Part shown: in pieces, positions 46,181-58,100 of the stretch
Layout: each line of letters begins with the position of its first letter
How positions within the stretch are numbered: position 1 is the first letter of the stretch
Source of the DNA: Callorhinchus milii
Taxonomy: Eukaryota
Direction of reading: 5' to 3'
Assembly: GCF_018977255.1 (NCBI RefSeq)
Contig: NW_024704742.1
Span: 109,184,001 to 109,248,000 of the forward strand
DNA: 64,000 nt
Translations under genes and position numbers: made by a program
The notes under the pieces: generated by a model
What the model was told of the DNA's origin: nothing
Databases searched by the model: none
Seen by the model: only the letters and a program-made list of their open reading frames with translations

Positions 46181-49100
46181 CTGTTTGGAAAAGGAATTGT
46201 ATTTCAGATATATATTTGTATACACATTTTCATTTACTCGGCCAGGTAGATAAAATACCACGTGAGTTTGACACCAAAATGTGAAAAAAAAACTTATTAA
46301 ATAAAAAAAGTATGCTCTTTACATTTATAGAGCATCTTTCATGTCGGGAGGACGTGTCTTAACAAAAAAGTTTATTTCTAAATTGATGTACTTAAGCTTG
46401 GACACAATATAAAAATATGGCCAAGTCACAGTATTAAAAATAAGCAGGCAGTGTCCCTCGAGAGAAAGAGTGCATGTTCCATTCCAGACATAGAGGAATG
46501 CCCATGTATAGGTGGCGTACATATAAGGAACACTTGTGGAGTCCTGTAGCTCAGTGGTTAAAGCATGCGCTTTGCAAGTGAGAGACCTGAGTTCAATTCC
46601 AGGCACAGGGCGATACCTCGGGCAAGTTTCCTTACCTCACACGCCTAATAATAATACTCCCTCCAAAAACAATAATAAATTGGTCATTTTCAATCTACGA
46701 CTGTTTGTGGGACATTGCTGTGCGCAATTGGCTGCCGCGTTCGCCCACAAATATACAGTCAATTCACTTTACAGTGTGTTCTGTGAAGCGCTTTGGGACG
46801 TCCTCCCGACGTGAAAAGCGCTATATCAAATGCACGGATTATTATTATTATAGCACTCCGTTTGGTTTAGATAGTCTTCAGCATAGTGATGTCTCAGTCG
46901 GCTGATCAAGNAAAAAAAGTAGCATTTTGCAAAAATATATTTTTACAGTAAAACCTGTTTTCCTATTGTGATCATTCTTTCACTTACACTTTTAAAACTG
47001 GGGTGTAAATTTATAGTATTCTTATAGGAATCAGTTTTTAAAAAATTGTGCTTAATTGGAAAAGGAACTGAGATTGCTTATATATTCCTTATGGAGACAG
47101 TGATTCCCAGTGTTTTATGGCCAGCAACGGTTAGTTATTTGTACCTATGTGAAGCCAGCGAAACTAGATGTAGCTGAAATTGGTACCAACCAAGAAAGGG
47201 ATTAATGAGGGCATTCTTATTATTATTAATAATAAATAAATAAGCCAGACAATTGACAATTTGTGCCATTGTTGTATCAAATTTCTTATTGAGTAAACTG
47301 GAATGCATGGGATTGAATTGATTCTGGGAATGTCACTTGTAAACTGTTTATTAAATATTCGTGTACATTTAGTTTTTCAAAGTGAGTGTATTGTCTGACA
47401 AATTGTACTTTATTCTGCAGATTAGAAAAATGTGATGAGGTAACACGCAAATAGATAATCCAGTACTGAATTAATTTTTGCTAATACAGTTCACCTGACT
47501 AGTCTCATTTGTTTCAGTTAGCTATGTGTCTAATACATACAAAAACCCATCACCAGGCTTAAACGTTTCCAAGCAAACAACAATAATTTATATGAGGCTC
47601 TCCATGATGCTACTTCACATGCAGGGCACTATATAATTGCAAGTTGTTGTTATACAGCACGTCTATTCTCATGATCAACAATTTACTTATATCCTACAAC
47701 TACTGTAGTTAGGCTGCCGGTCCCTTTAAAACTGTTCCTCTTCCTCCCTGATATCAGATGACTCTGGCATCACTGAAGGGTTTGGAATTGCTAACAATTA
47801 TAATGGAATTTACAGGCGGTGCCAAAAAAGAACATCCTATTTATTTGGAAACTTACATATGAATGTGTCATGTTAAACAAACCTGTTCAACTGGAATGAG
47901 CCACTCACCTGTTCTGTACTCCTCTTTCATGCTTTCCAACTCATACCAGATGCTATTTTCAGCTTTGGTAAGTTTTGCAGCAATCTTCGGTTCAGAGTGC
48001 TTCATTCTGTTGGATTCAGTATCAAGCCTTTGTCTACCTTCTAGATTTTCTAGTTTCAAGAAGACCTGGTTAAGCCGCTCTCGTATTTTTGTCTCTGTCA
48101 TTTCCTGTAAAATACAATATCAACGACATTATTCACGTTGGATCATATGTAAGACAAGAAAGACTACTACAGTTCACCTGTCTGATCTTATTGTTTTTAG
48201 GTAGCAAGGTGTCTAATACATACCAAATCCATCATCATGCTTAAATATTTCCAATCAAACAATAATAATTTACATTTATATAGTGCCTTTCACGTCAGGA
48301 GGATGTCTCAAAGCACTTTATACAACTGACTGGGATCCCGGGGATGGGGGGATGGAATAGGTTTCCAAAAGTGTCATTAAAAAGATGAGTTTCAAGGCAG
48401 TAGTCTTAAGATGACTGAGAATTCCACATATACATGGTTTCCATTTGTTTATTATGGAGTACTTACTCTCCTCCTGTAGGATGCACCCTGCTTATCTAAT
48501 CTTAGAGAATTAGGTGTTTGCTTGCCAAGGCTTGGGGACTCCAGAGTGTGCATTGGAGTACTGCTGAAGTTTCAACAACTAAACTCACCAAGTGGCACAA
48601 CCTGCCATTGCAGAGAATTGGTAAGCTTCCCCCTACTTGCCCTGCTATGACAACCAAACCATTATCTTTTGGCTTGCAGGGTTATCTGGAGTTATCTGTT
48701 AAGAAACTCAACCCCTAGTGACTGATCTGCTCTTCTAGGTTCACCAATGAACCAAGCTGGCTAGTCCATCATCAACAATGCCTTGGAGTACTGCAGACCT
48801 GATACCCTCAGGAACTGGGCTAAGATTGCTACAGAGGATCAATTCAATTCCAATCTTCCTTTGCCAAGCATGTCACCTTGGAGTCAGCTCTGCCTACATC
48901 CTAGTTACATTCCATTTTCAATACTATCTCTTCCTATCTTAAACTTGTATAGTATAGGACTGTAGAGCAAGGCTGACACACCAATGAAGAGCTGGGGTGT
49001 TGCATTGTTGGAGGTGACATTAAACCAAGGCTCCATCTGCCTATTTAGATGGACATTAAAGACTCCACTGACACTACTAGAAAAGTGGAAGAAGCTTCTC

Positions 49101-52100
49101 CCAGTGTCCTGGTCAACAATCTCCCGAATAAAATTGATCATTTATTTAATTGCTGTTTGTGGGCATTTCTGTGCACAATCTCCTGCCACATTTGCTTATA
49201 AATATACAGTCACTCCATTTCACAGTATATCCTTTGAAGCACTTTGGGACATAGAATCATAGAATCAGAGAATTGTATAGCACAAAAAGAGGCCATTCGG
49301 CCCATTTTTGTACCGGTTCTTTGAATAGAGCAATTAACGTCAATCCCACTCCCCAGCCCTTTCCCCATCACCCTGCAAACCCGTCCTCCTCAAATACCCA
49401 TCCACCGCATTTTTAAAAGTAGTTATCGAATCGGCCTCGACCACCCTTTCAGGCAATGCGTTCCAGATTCGAACAACTCGCTGCGTGAAAAAAAAATTCT
49501 CACCTCCTCTCTGCTTCTTTTAGACACTACTTTGATTCTGTGACCTCGAGTCACCGACACACCCACCAGTGGAAACAGTTTTTTCCTTTCTAACCTATCA
49601 AATCCCCTCATGATTTTGAAGACCTCTATTAGGTCTCCTCGTAACCGTCTCTGCTCCAATGAGAATAATCCTATCCTCTCTAGCCCTTCCTCATAATCAA
49701 GGTCCCTCATTCCTGGTACCATCCTCGTAAATCTCCTCTGCACCCTTTACAATGCCTTAACATCCTTCCTATAGTATGGTGCCCAGAACTGGGCACAGAA
49801 TTCTAACTGAGGCCTAACCAGTGTTTTATAAAGGTTATTCATAACCTCCTGACTCTTGTACTCTATGCCCATATTTATAAAGCCTAGAATCCCATTTGCC
49901 CTTTTTACCGCCTTATTTTTCCTGTCCTGCCACCTTCAATGATTCATTTTCCTGCACCCCCAGGTCTCTCTGTTCTTTTACCCCCCCTTAAGATTGTATT
50001 ATTATTTGCAAGTGAGAGACCTGAGTTCAATTCCAGGCAGGGCGAAACCTTGGGCAAGTTTCCTTACTCCACACGCCTAATAATAATCCCTCCAAACCAA
50101 AAACAATAATAAATTGGTCATTTTTCAATCTACGATAGTTTGTGGGACATTGCTGTGCGCAATTGGCTGCCGCGTTCGCCCACACATATATACAGTCAAT
50201 TCACTTTACAGTGTGTTCTGTGAAGCGCTTTGGGACGTCCTCCCGACGTGAAAAGCGCTATATCAAATGCAAGGATTATTATTATTACCAGCCTGTATTG
50301 CCTCCCCTCATTCTTTCTACCAAAATGCATTACTTCGCATTTCTCTACATTGAAACTCATCTGCCATGTGTCTGCCCATTTTACCATTCTGTCTATGTCT
50401 TCCTGCAGTTGGCTCCTATCCTTCGGACTGTTTACCACCCTACCTAACTTTGTGTCATCCGCAAACTTGGAAATGGTACTTGCTATACCCAAGTCCAGAT
50501 CATTTATGTGTATTAAGAAGAGCAGTGGTCCTAATACCGATCCCTGAGGGACGGCACTGTACACTTCCCTCCAGTCAGAAAAGCAGCCGTTCACCACAAC
50601 TCCGTGCTTTCTGTCTCCCAGCCAGTTCTGGATCCATGCTGCCACTGTTCCTTTTATACCATGGGCTTCTATCTTTCTTACAAGTCTTTCATGTGGCACT
50701 TTATCAAATGCCTTTTTAAAGTCCATATAAACTACTTCAACTGCACTACCTTTATCCACCCTCTCTGTTACCCCATTGAAAAATTCCATTAGATTTGTTA
50801 GACAAGATTTGCCTTTAACAAATCCGTGCTGGCTGTCCCTAATTAACCCATATTCTTCTGTGATCACATCCTCTTGATTTGAAAGGTTCTTTACCAAATA
50901 CAAGAATTATTTTATTACTATTATTTCTTGACAAGGATACAATTAGAATTGTTTTTACACATGCGGAACCATATTTATTACCACCCACGCAATGGAGCAG
51001 CACAGTGGCTGTTTTGATGCACTGTGATGTGTGCTAAAATTTTAATTTCTCTTGGAAATGAATTGTGAGCGTTTAGCGTAGTTCTAACCTTGCATATTTG
51101 TCAGCTACAACAGAAAAAATGGAACAAATGCCATATTCGTATTTAGTGATGAATATTTTACAATTTGGGATATTATGCAGCAATACAACACAACCCTTAG
51201 CTGGGTTATGTGTTTTGGCATTGAGCCCTGGAGTCCAGAAGCTCCCCCCTCCCCTGATTCACTTTTTGTTCAATGCTATTTTAGTTTTGCCAGCTTTGGT
51301 CCAGTGAGGCTGCTACATTTGTCCTCAGCGGTTTTTAAGGAGCAGGAAAATCATAGTCACCAAGGATCACTATTTCCTGTCCCCTGCTGAAAATGTAGGA
51401 GTGTGGATGGCAGGAAAGAACAGAATCAATCTCAGCTGTGGTTCTGAGCTCGATCAAATAGCCAACTGGCACTCACTCTGCAAGATCACACATAGAGAAC
51501 CGTACCTCGGATAAGCTACTAAAGCACTGTTGTGTATGGAACCGAACTCCAGCACGAGATACTCCTTCAGGATATAAAGAAGGTAATTCAGAAATAATTT
51601 AAGATCCAAATATTTGGTTGTGATCTTAAAGTACTCCATCCACTTTATTTAAGTTCTCCACATAAAGCGCTCCGAGAGGCAGTCGGACGTGAAGGGCGCT
51701 CTATAAATGCAAGTTGTTGTTCTTGTTGTAAATACCAGGTTTGTGTCACACTGGGGCCCAATTTGCAATATTCAAAAACTGGATTTGTTGCATTCAATCC
51801 AACTTGTGTTTGGAAAATTTGTGCACAACAGATTGTGAATCCGAAATCAGCAAAGTCTGAGAAAAGACCGGAGGGAAAACCAACCATCTGTTTTTCTCAT
51901 CGGCTTTTTTTTCCCCCCAGACTTTGCCAACAAACAATTTATGATTGGATGCCCATTAATTTAAGTATATATTTCACAAACCGGAGATTGCAAGTCAGAA
52001 ACTGCAATTAATGCGTTGAATCTGGTTGATAAATATCATAAACCAGAGTCCCAATATCATTTCTTTTGCAAATATGTTAAATTGGATAAAACTGTTGCAG

Positions 52101-55100
52101 AGGATTACAAGGGTAATCGTAATCTTATTTGAGGGCAGAACAAACTATTTTGATACATATTTTGATATGTACAGCTGGTTTAATGCCATTTATATCCCAT
52201 GATATTAGCATGTATCTTTCACATGGTGTATATATAGATGATGTTAATGTTAATTTTTATTTTTTAGGAACTGCATTTATTTCCTGAGAATCAAAATCTT
52301 TGCCATGGGCAAATGGTACACATTTGCAATTAAAGCATTTCATGACAACGAAAGGGTGTTGCACTAGTTCAATTACGTATTTTACATGCACTTCAGATAT
52401 ATTTCCACCGCATGTGTGAAATAACGTAAAGAGTGACTTACAGTTTTCTCTCTCACAACATTCAACAGGTGATCCACTCTCTGTCCTTGCACTTGCTCTA
52501 TTTTATCAAGTTTCTGTCCTACCCACTCATGCTGGTATTGCATCTGTGCCCGTACCTCTTCCACCGCGGCAATAATTCTGGAAAACAGTTTAGTTTGTGG
52601 GACTGTAATTTATGCAATACAATGTGTATCACGTTAACGGAACAACTGTCCAAGAAAGAACTGATTTACAATCCCATCAATAGGTTGGTCATAGTTTTGA
52701 AGTAAAGTAGAGAAGTAAAGCAGATAAACTGATATTGTGGTTTCACAGTATTTCTTTGTTCAATTAGTTCTTCATTTATTCCTTTTGCTAAACATAGCTG
52801 TGGTAAATGGGATCTGGTCACTTCCAGCTGTAATAATACAGAAGTCACAGCCTTGTACTCTACAAGTCAACAGAATTAACTTATATAAAACTGGGGAAAA
52901 TGGTAAAGCCATTTTTATTTTGACAAGAAATAACATTGCAAGTGTCTCTTGATATAACTTAAGCTGCTGCTTTGTACATGTATATATGGAAGTTTTCTTT
53001 ATTCAGAGGGTTATTAACGACTGGAACAGGTTGGCAGGGAGGATAGTTCAGGACAGGGAGGCAAGGAATCTTCTTCATCCAAACCAATCTTGTGATCTTG
53101 TAATGATATTTAGCTTAGTATAACATTAACGTATTGATAAATCCCCCAACAATTTGAGTTCTCTACCTAACAATGTTCTATCACATTTAATGTAACTTCT
53201 TGTTCTGTCGTTCCCATTATCATTCTGAAAACTTTCAAAAACATCAAATGGATAATTCGTAATAATCAATGCTGCAATAAGTACATGGATTGTTAGCAAT
53301 GGTGAAATATTAAACTGGATTTTGTACTGTCAGCCCCTACTGATCTCTCTGTTCCTACAAGTCCTGCTGAGTGATGAGCAAAGCTATTACTTGGAGTGCT
53401 TTGGACTACTGTGGGCCCATCTGATTAAGGAACAGGTTTTTAGCACCCACAGAAGGATGACTCAGTTCTGACATTCCATGGATGAAGTCCAAGAAGGAAG
53501 TGGTTTACGATCGCAATTTATAATAATAATCCTTGCATTTGATATAGCGTCTTCGAGACATCTCAAAGAGCTTCACAGTATATACTGTAAAGACAATTCA
53601 TATTTTATGTATTATTATGTAAAGTCCTTACTTGAAATCCAAGAGTTGAAGTTCATGTTGTTGATCCCCTCTTGCAGTCTTTAATTTTGAATTGTATTCA
53701 GAATTAGAGCTTTCTATTTTGTCCATTAGTTTTACCAGCTGTTTTCAAATGAAGGAAACAGATGTTCATGTTTTAACTTCACATTTCTAAAAACATTATT
53801 TCCGACCAGCAATTGATGTAAAATTTGTATCCTTTATCTTTATTGTCATTTCACAAACAATAAGAAGAATATGGAAGTTCTGATTCCCAAAGCATAAATC
53901 AAACTCATTCTCACAGCTAGTGTCTTACACGTCAGGAGGATGTCACAAGAAGCTTCACACAACTGGCTGGGTCCCTAAGCTAAGGGTGATGTGGGTGGGG
54001 ATGGTGGTTGGGGGTGGGGAGGAGTGGAAAAGAGAGGGGCTGAGAGGGGAACGAAAAGGCTGAAAGGATGGTCAAAGGGAGAGATCTTAAAGCAGGTTTT
54101 GAAAGTGGAGGAATGGAGAGGCCAGAGAGGACATTCTGCATAAAGCTTACCCATCGCAGACACTGTTGAGACACCCAATGAAAACTAGAAATGACAAAAA
54201 GCCAGAGAAAGGAACCATTTTATATGGGAAAAACTGAATACAGTGTTTATGATAAACTAGCTGTAGTACAATGTAAGGTACTTTGACATTCTTAATATCT
54301 GTTAATGACAGAAAATAATGGAATAGGGAAAATAAATTCTCAACAATATCTTCAAATTTGCCAATGCAGTAGGATCGGAGATGTCTGGTATAAATGGCAA
54401 TCTTAGATACCAAGAAGTATTTATTTACACAAAGGCTAAACAAGAAGTGGAACAAATTATCTAAGGATAGGGCACCAAAGTAATTTAACAAATAGGTTGA
54501 TGTTGTAATGGATGAATCCTCATCCACTAGTTTCCTGCGAACTGCTTTACATTTTGATGTATATCTATATCTTCTAAATTCATGTTGGCTGCTCTTTCCA
54601 GCAACTTTGCTCATCAGATGGAAAATGATAGCAACCTCCATAATGCCCTTAAGCATTTTTCTGACTCTGGATTCTAGACACAAGCTAGTCGTGTCTCGTT
54701 CTTGTCTTGAGAAGTTGGATACAGTTTGTAATACATAGGGGAACCCTGTTATAATCTGCTTTCAAATCCATAAGACCAAACATCTATTATAATAATAATA
54801 ATAATAATCCTTGCATTTGATATAGCGCTTTTCACGTCGAGAGGACGTCCCAAAGCGCTTCACAGAACACACTGTAAAGTGAATTGACTGTACATTTGTG
54901 GGCGAACGCGGCAGCCAATTGCGCACAGCAATGTCCCACAAACAGTCGTAGATTGAAAATGACCAATTTATTTATTGTTTTTGGTTTTGGAGGGATTATT
55001 ATTAGGCGTGTGGAGTAAGGAAACTTGCCCAAGGTTTCGCCCTGCCTGGAATTGAACTCAGGTCTCTCGCTTGCAAAGCGAGTGCTCTAACCACTGAGCT

Positions 55101-58100
55101 ACAGGACTCCACAGTACTGTACATAGAAAGAATAATGGTACATGAAGCCAAAATTGCTCCAACAACATCACTTCCGGTGCGCTGCATATGTTCACAGCAT
55201 GCAAGAAGCACGGGAGACACAGTTTTATTAATATATGGCCACCTCTGACAATGATTCCCGTGTGTTCATTGTGCACAGGAAGTTTAATTGATGCTGTTTC
55301 CTATGTTCCAAGCACACAGAAAATCTGGAAACTATGCTCATATGTTCGATGGATGATGTGTTATAACCAAGTTCATGTCATAGAGAGGTGAGTTATAAAA
55401 GGTCGTCCTTTAGTATCAGTTGATATGGAACTCCTAAAATAATAACTGAAGCCTAAATTATTTCCTGTGACATTTCCATTAACTTGCAAAGTTCCAAAAG
55501 TTTTAATTAATTCCATTTCAGTTCTCATTACTAAGATAGCGTTTTCTACACACCTTAATTTCCAATTCTTTCATTTTTAATTCCAAAGAAGACTTGACGA
55601 CTTGAATTTCTTTCTTCACTTTCTGAGTGTCACTGTTGCTTACACTGACATCTCCAGCAAGTTTGGATATGCTGGCATCACACCTCATAAAAAAAAAGAC
55701 TTAGAAGGTGTAAAGTGCATCACATAAGGTTTGTACAAAATGAATAAGAAATGGCTCTGATGTTCCTGGGAATTAAATTTCGTTTTAATTATATCCTATT
55801 CACATCAATGTTTCTTCAGTAAATATATATCCTGCCAATATGATGTTCACAAACCCCAAATTGCTATTTTTATTACAACTTCTAGTTTGCAACTTAAATT
55901 GTGGAATTCACTAAACAGGGATCAAATGGATACAATTGGAATTCCAAAGGCTGGCAAAGATTTTTTTTTCCAGCTAGCAGTTGGGTTTCCAATCTTTTGT
56001 TATACTTATTTAACAGTTGAGAAACAGATTGAATGCAAAACAACAACTTGCTTTTAATATTGTGCCCTTCACTCAGGGTAGCTCCTGGAGCCAGTCCTAT
56101 CAGGCCAGTACTGCAATTTTTTCACAATGAATAGCTCATAAACTGTCATTTGTTATTAGCACAATGACTTCCAGTTTATGCATATCAGATTTTCAACCTC
56201 AAAGTTACAATGATTTAGAATAATTTAGTATGGGAATGGGTCATTCACTGAAACTTCAATCATACAATGGCCCCTGCAGATCTGCAATACCTGGGACCTG
56301 AGGCAGTTAGAAACAACTTATTTAAAACATTTTAATTGAAGAATACTCGCTCAAGCAGGCATGGGATTTGAACTTATCCAGTCTTGGTAATTTTACATTT
56401 GAACTAGACTGAGTTGGCGTTGGAGGCCATTTGGACACAGAATAAGAAATAGGGGAAAATGAGTCAAAATCACAAGAAATCTACAGCTAATTAAAGCCTT
56501 GGGCTCATTTGATCTCAACTTTTCAGAATCTCCACTCTACCACTTTCCCATCACAGCATCAAACTATGAGATCAGCTTCAACAACAATAATTTATATTTA
56601 TATATAATTTACATTTATATATACACATTTATATGCCTTTCGGAGGATGTCTCAAAGTGTAACAGACCGGGATCCCGAGCTGGAAGGGGATTTTATTACC
56701 TCTCCCTTACACTGTGTACAATAGTATCAATGCTACATGATGCGGTACACATTTTGCAACAAATTAAACAGTAGAGGATCCAATATCACCATCGTATTCT
56801 CACAGCCTAGGTATATACTAGTTATATCATGGGCATTGTTGAGACAACAGCTTTTATTCTCCAGATGTCCTGCTTCTATTTAGCAATATCATCCATCCTT
56901 CCAAATCATTTCAATTTGGGATTTTTGGCAGTTTCAAAATATTTGTATGACATAAACAGCAAGTCATTAACACTGGGTATGAATACAGATGATTACAGAC
57001 AGTTGACCAAGCACCAACCACACACACACACACGCAGAATAATGTTTAAGATTTATTTATGTAAAATCTGTCTAAAATCTACAGCAATGTGAGGTGGTTA
57101 GGAGGCTTTATTATTATTAATAATAACACTCATATAATAATCCTTACATTGATCTAATGCCTTATTATGCTGTCGAAACATCTCAAAATGCTTCACAGGA
57201 TTTTAATGTAAAGTTTAGTGACTGTATGTGAAAGCTACGGACAATTTGCACACAGAATGTCTCACAAAAAGTCATGAAGAAAAAATAATTTTATCTTAGG
57301 GATAAAATTTACAATTTAGATCATGAGATCTTTGTCACCAACCTGAACAGGCATACAGTTTAACATTTCATCCAAAGAACTGAACCTCTGACAGTGCAAC
57401 ACACTTCCAGCACCAGCACTCTATCGGAGTGGCAGCTTGGAATGTGAGTTCAAAGTCCCTGTGTGTGTGGGGCATGAGCTTACAACTTTCTGAATCAGAA
57501 GCAAGAGTGCTACCAAGTGAGCCAGGCTGACACCAGAATACTTTTTAACTGAGCAGGGCATTGCTTGTCATTGTCAATCATTCTGAATCTAATACCTGGC
57601 AACCCTTCCCCGCAGGTCTCCAATTCCAGCCAGGTGCTTAAGGTCGAGGCTCTGCACAGCAAAGCTGGTCCCTGCAGCCACACCATCCCGGACTCGGACC
57701 TGCCCTTCCAGAACCTAGGAGAACATCATTTCTCATTCAACTGTTCTGTGTTAATACATTCAATAGGGGTGTGATTGGGGGTCATATCATACCCGTAAGG
57801 ATTGTCAGTGTGTGGATTTTTCCACTTTTGCATCCAATATCCATGTCATATATTTCAGATTCAGTATTCCTTTTGCAATCTGGTATCTGACATACTCAAA
57901 ACCCCACCCCCATTCTTAAGAGCATCTGAATCAGGCTGGGAATTCCACGTATGTATCCCGGCTACACATGAGAATTTCCTTGTGGAATGAGTTCTCTGTG
58001 CTGGGAGGAACACACCCTGCTTGCGTAATTCAGGAAAGCATTGGGTGCAGGTTGGTAAAAACCAAGACTTAAGAACCCCAGAGTGCAGTTTGGAATATTG

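Noticed and set aside
46536..46905. Recurrent ORFs such as [13 protein letters not shown].. and [30 protein letters not shown]
   Set aside because: Translations of the repeated SINE, not a gene family
50196..50903. 235-aa reverse transcriptase ORF as a host gene or novel RT system
   Set aside because: 5'-truncated CR1 ORF2 with no endonuclease domain or promoter, interrupted by a SINE; a related decayed copy is at 22385-24060
54147..54683. 178-aa minus-strand ORF inside a FAM81B intron
   Set aside because: No recognisable motif; the FAM81B CDS is complete without it; composition is typical of AT-rich non-coding DNA
55040..55110. tRNA-Ala(TGC)-like sequences (also 21680, 33063, 36930, 46540, 63530) as tRNA genes
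   Set aside because: No acceptor-stem pairing, and each continues directly into a SINE body and tail
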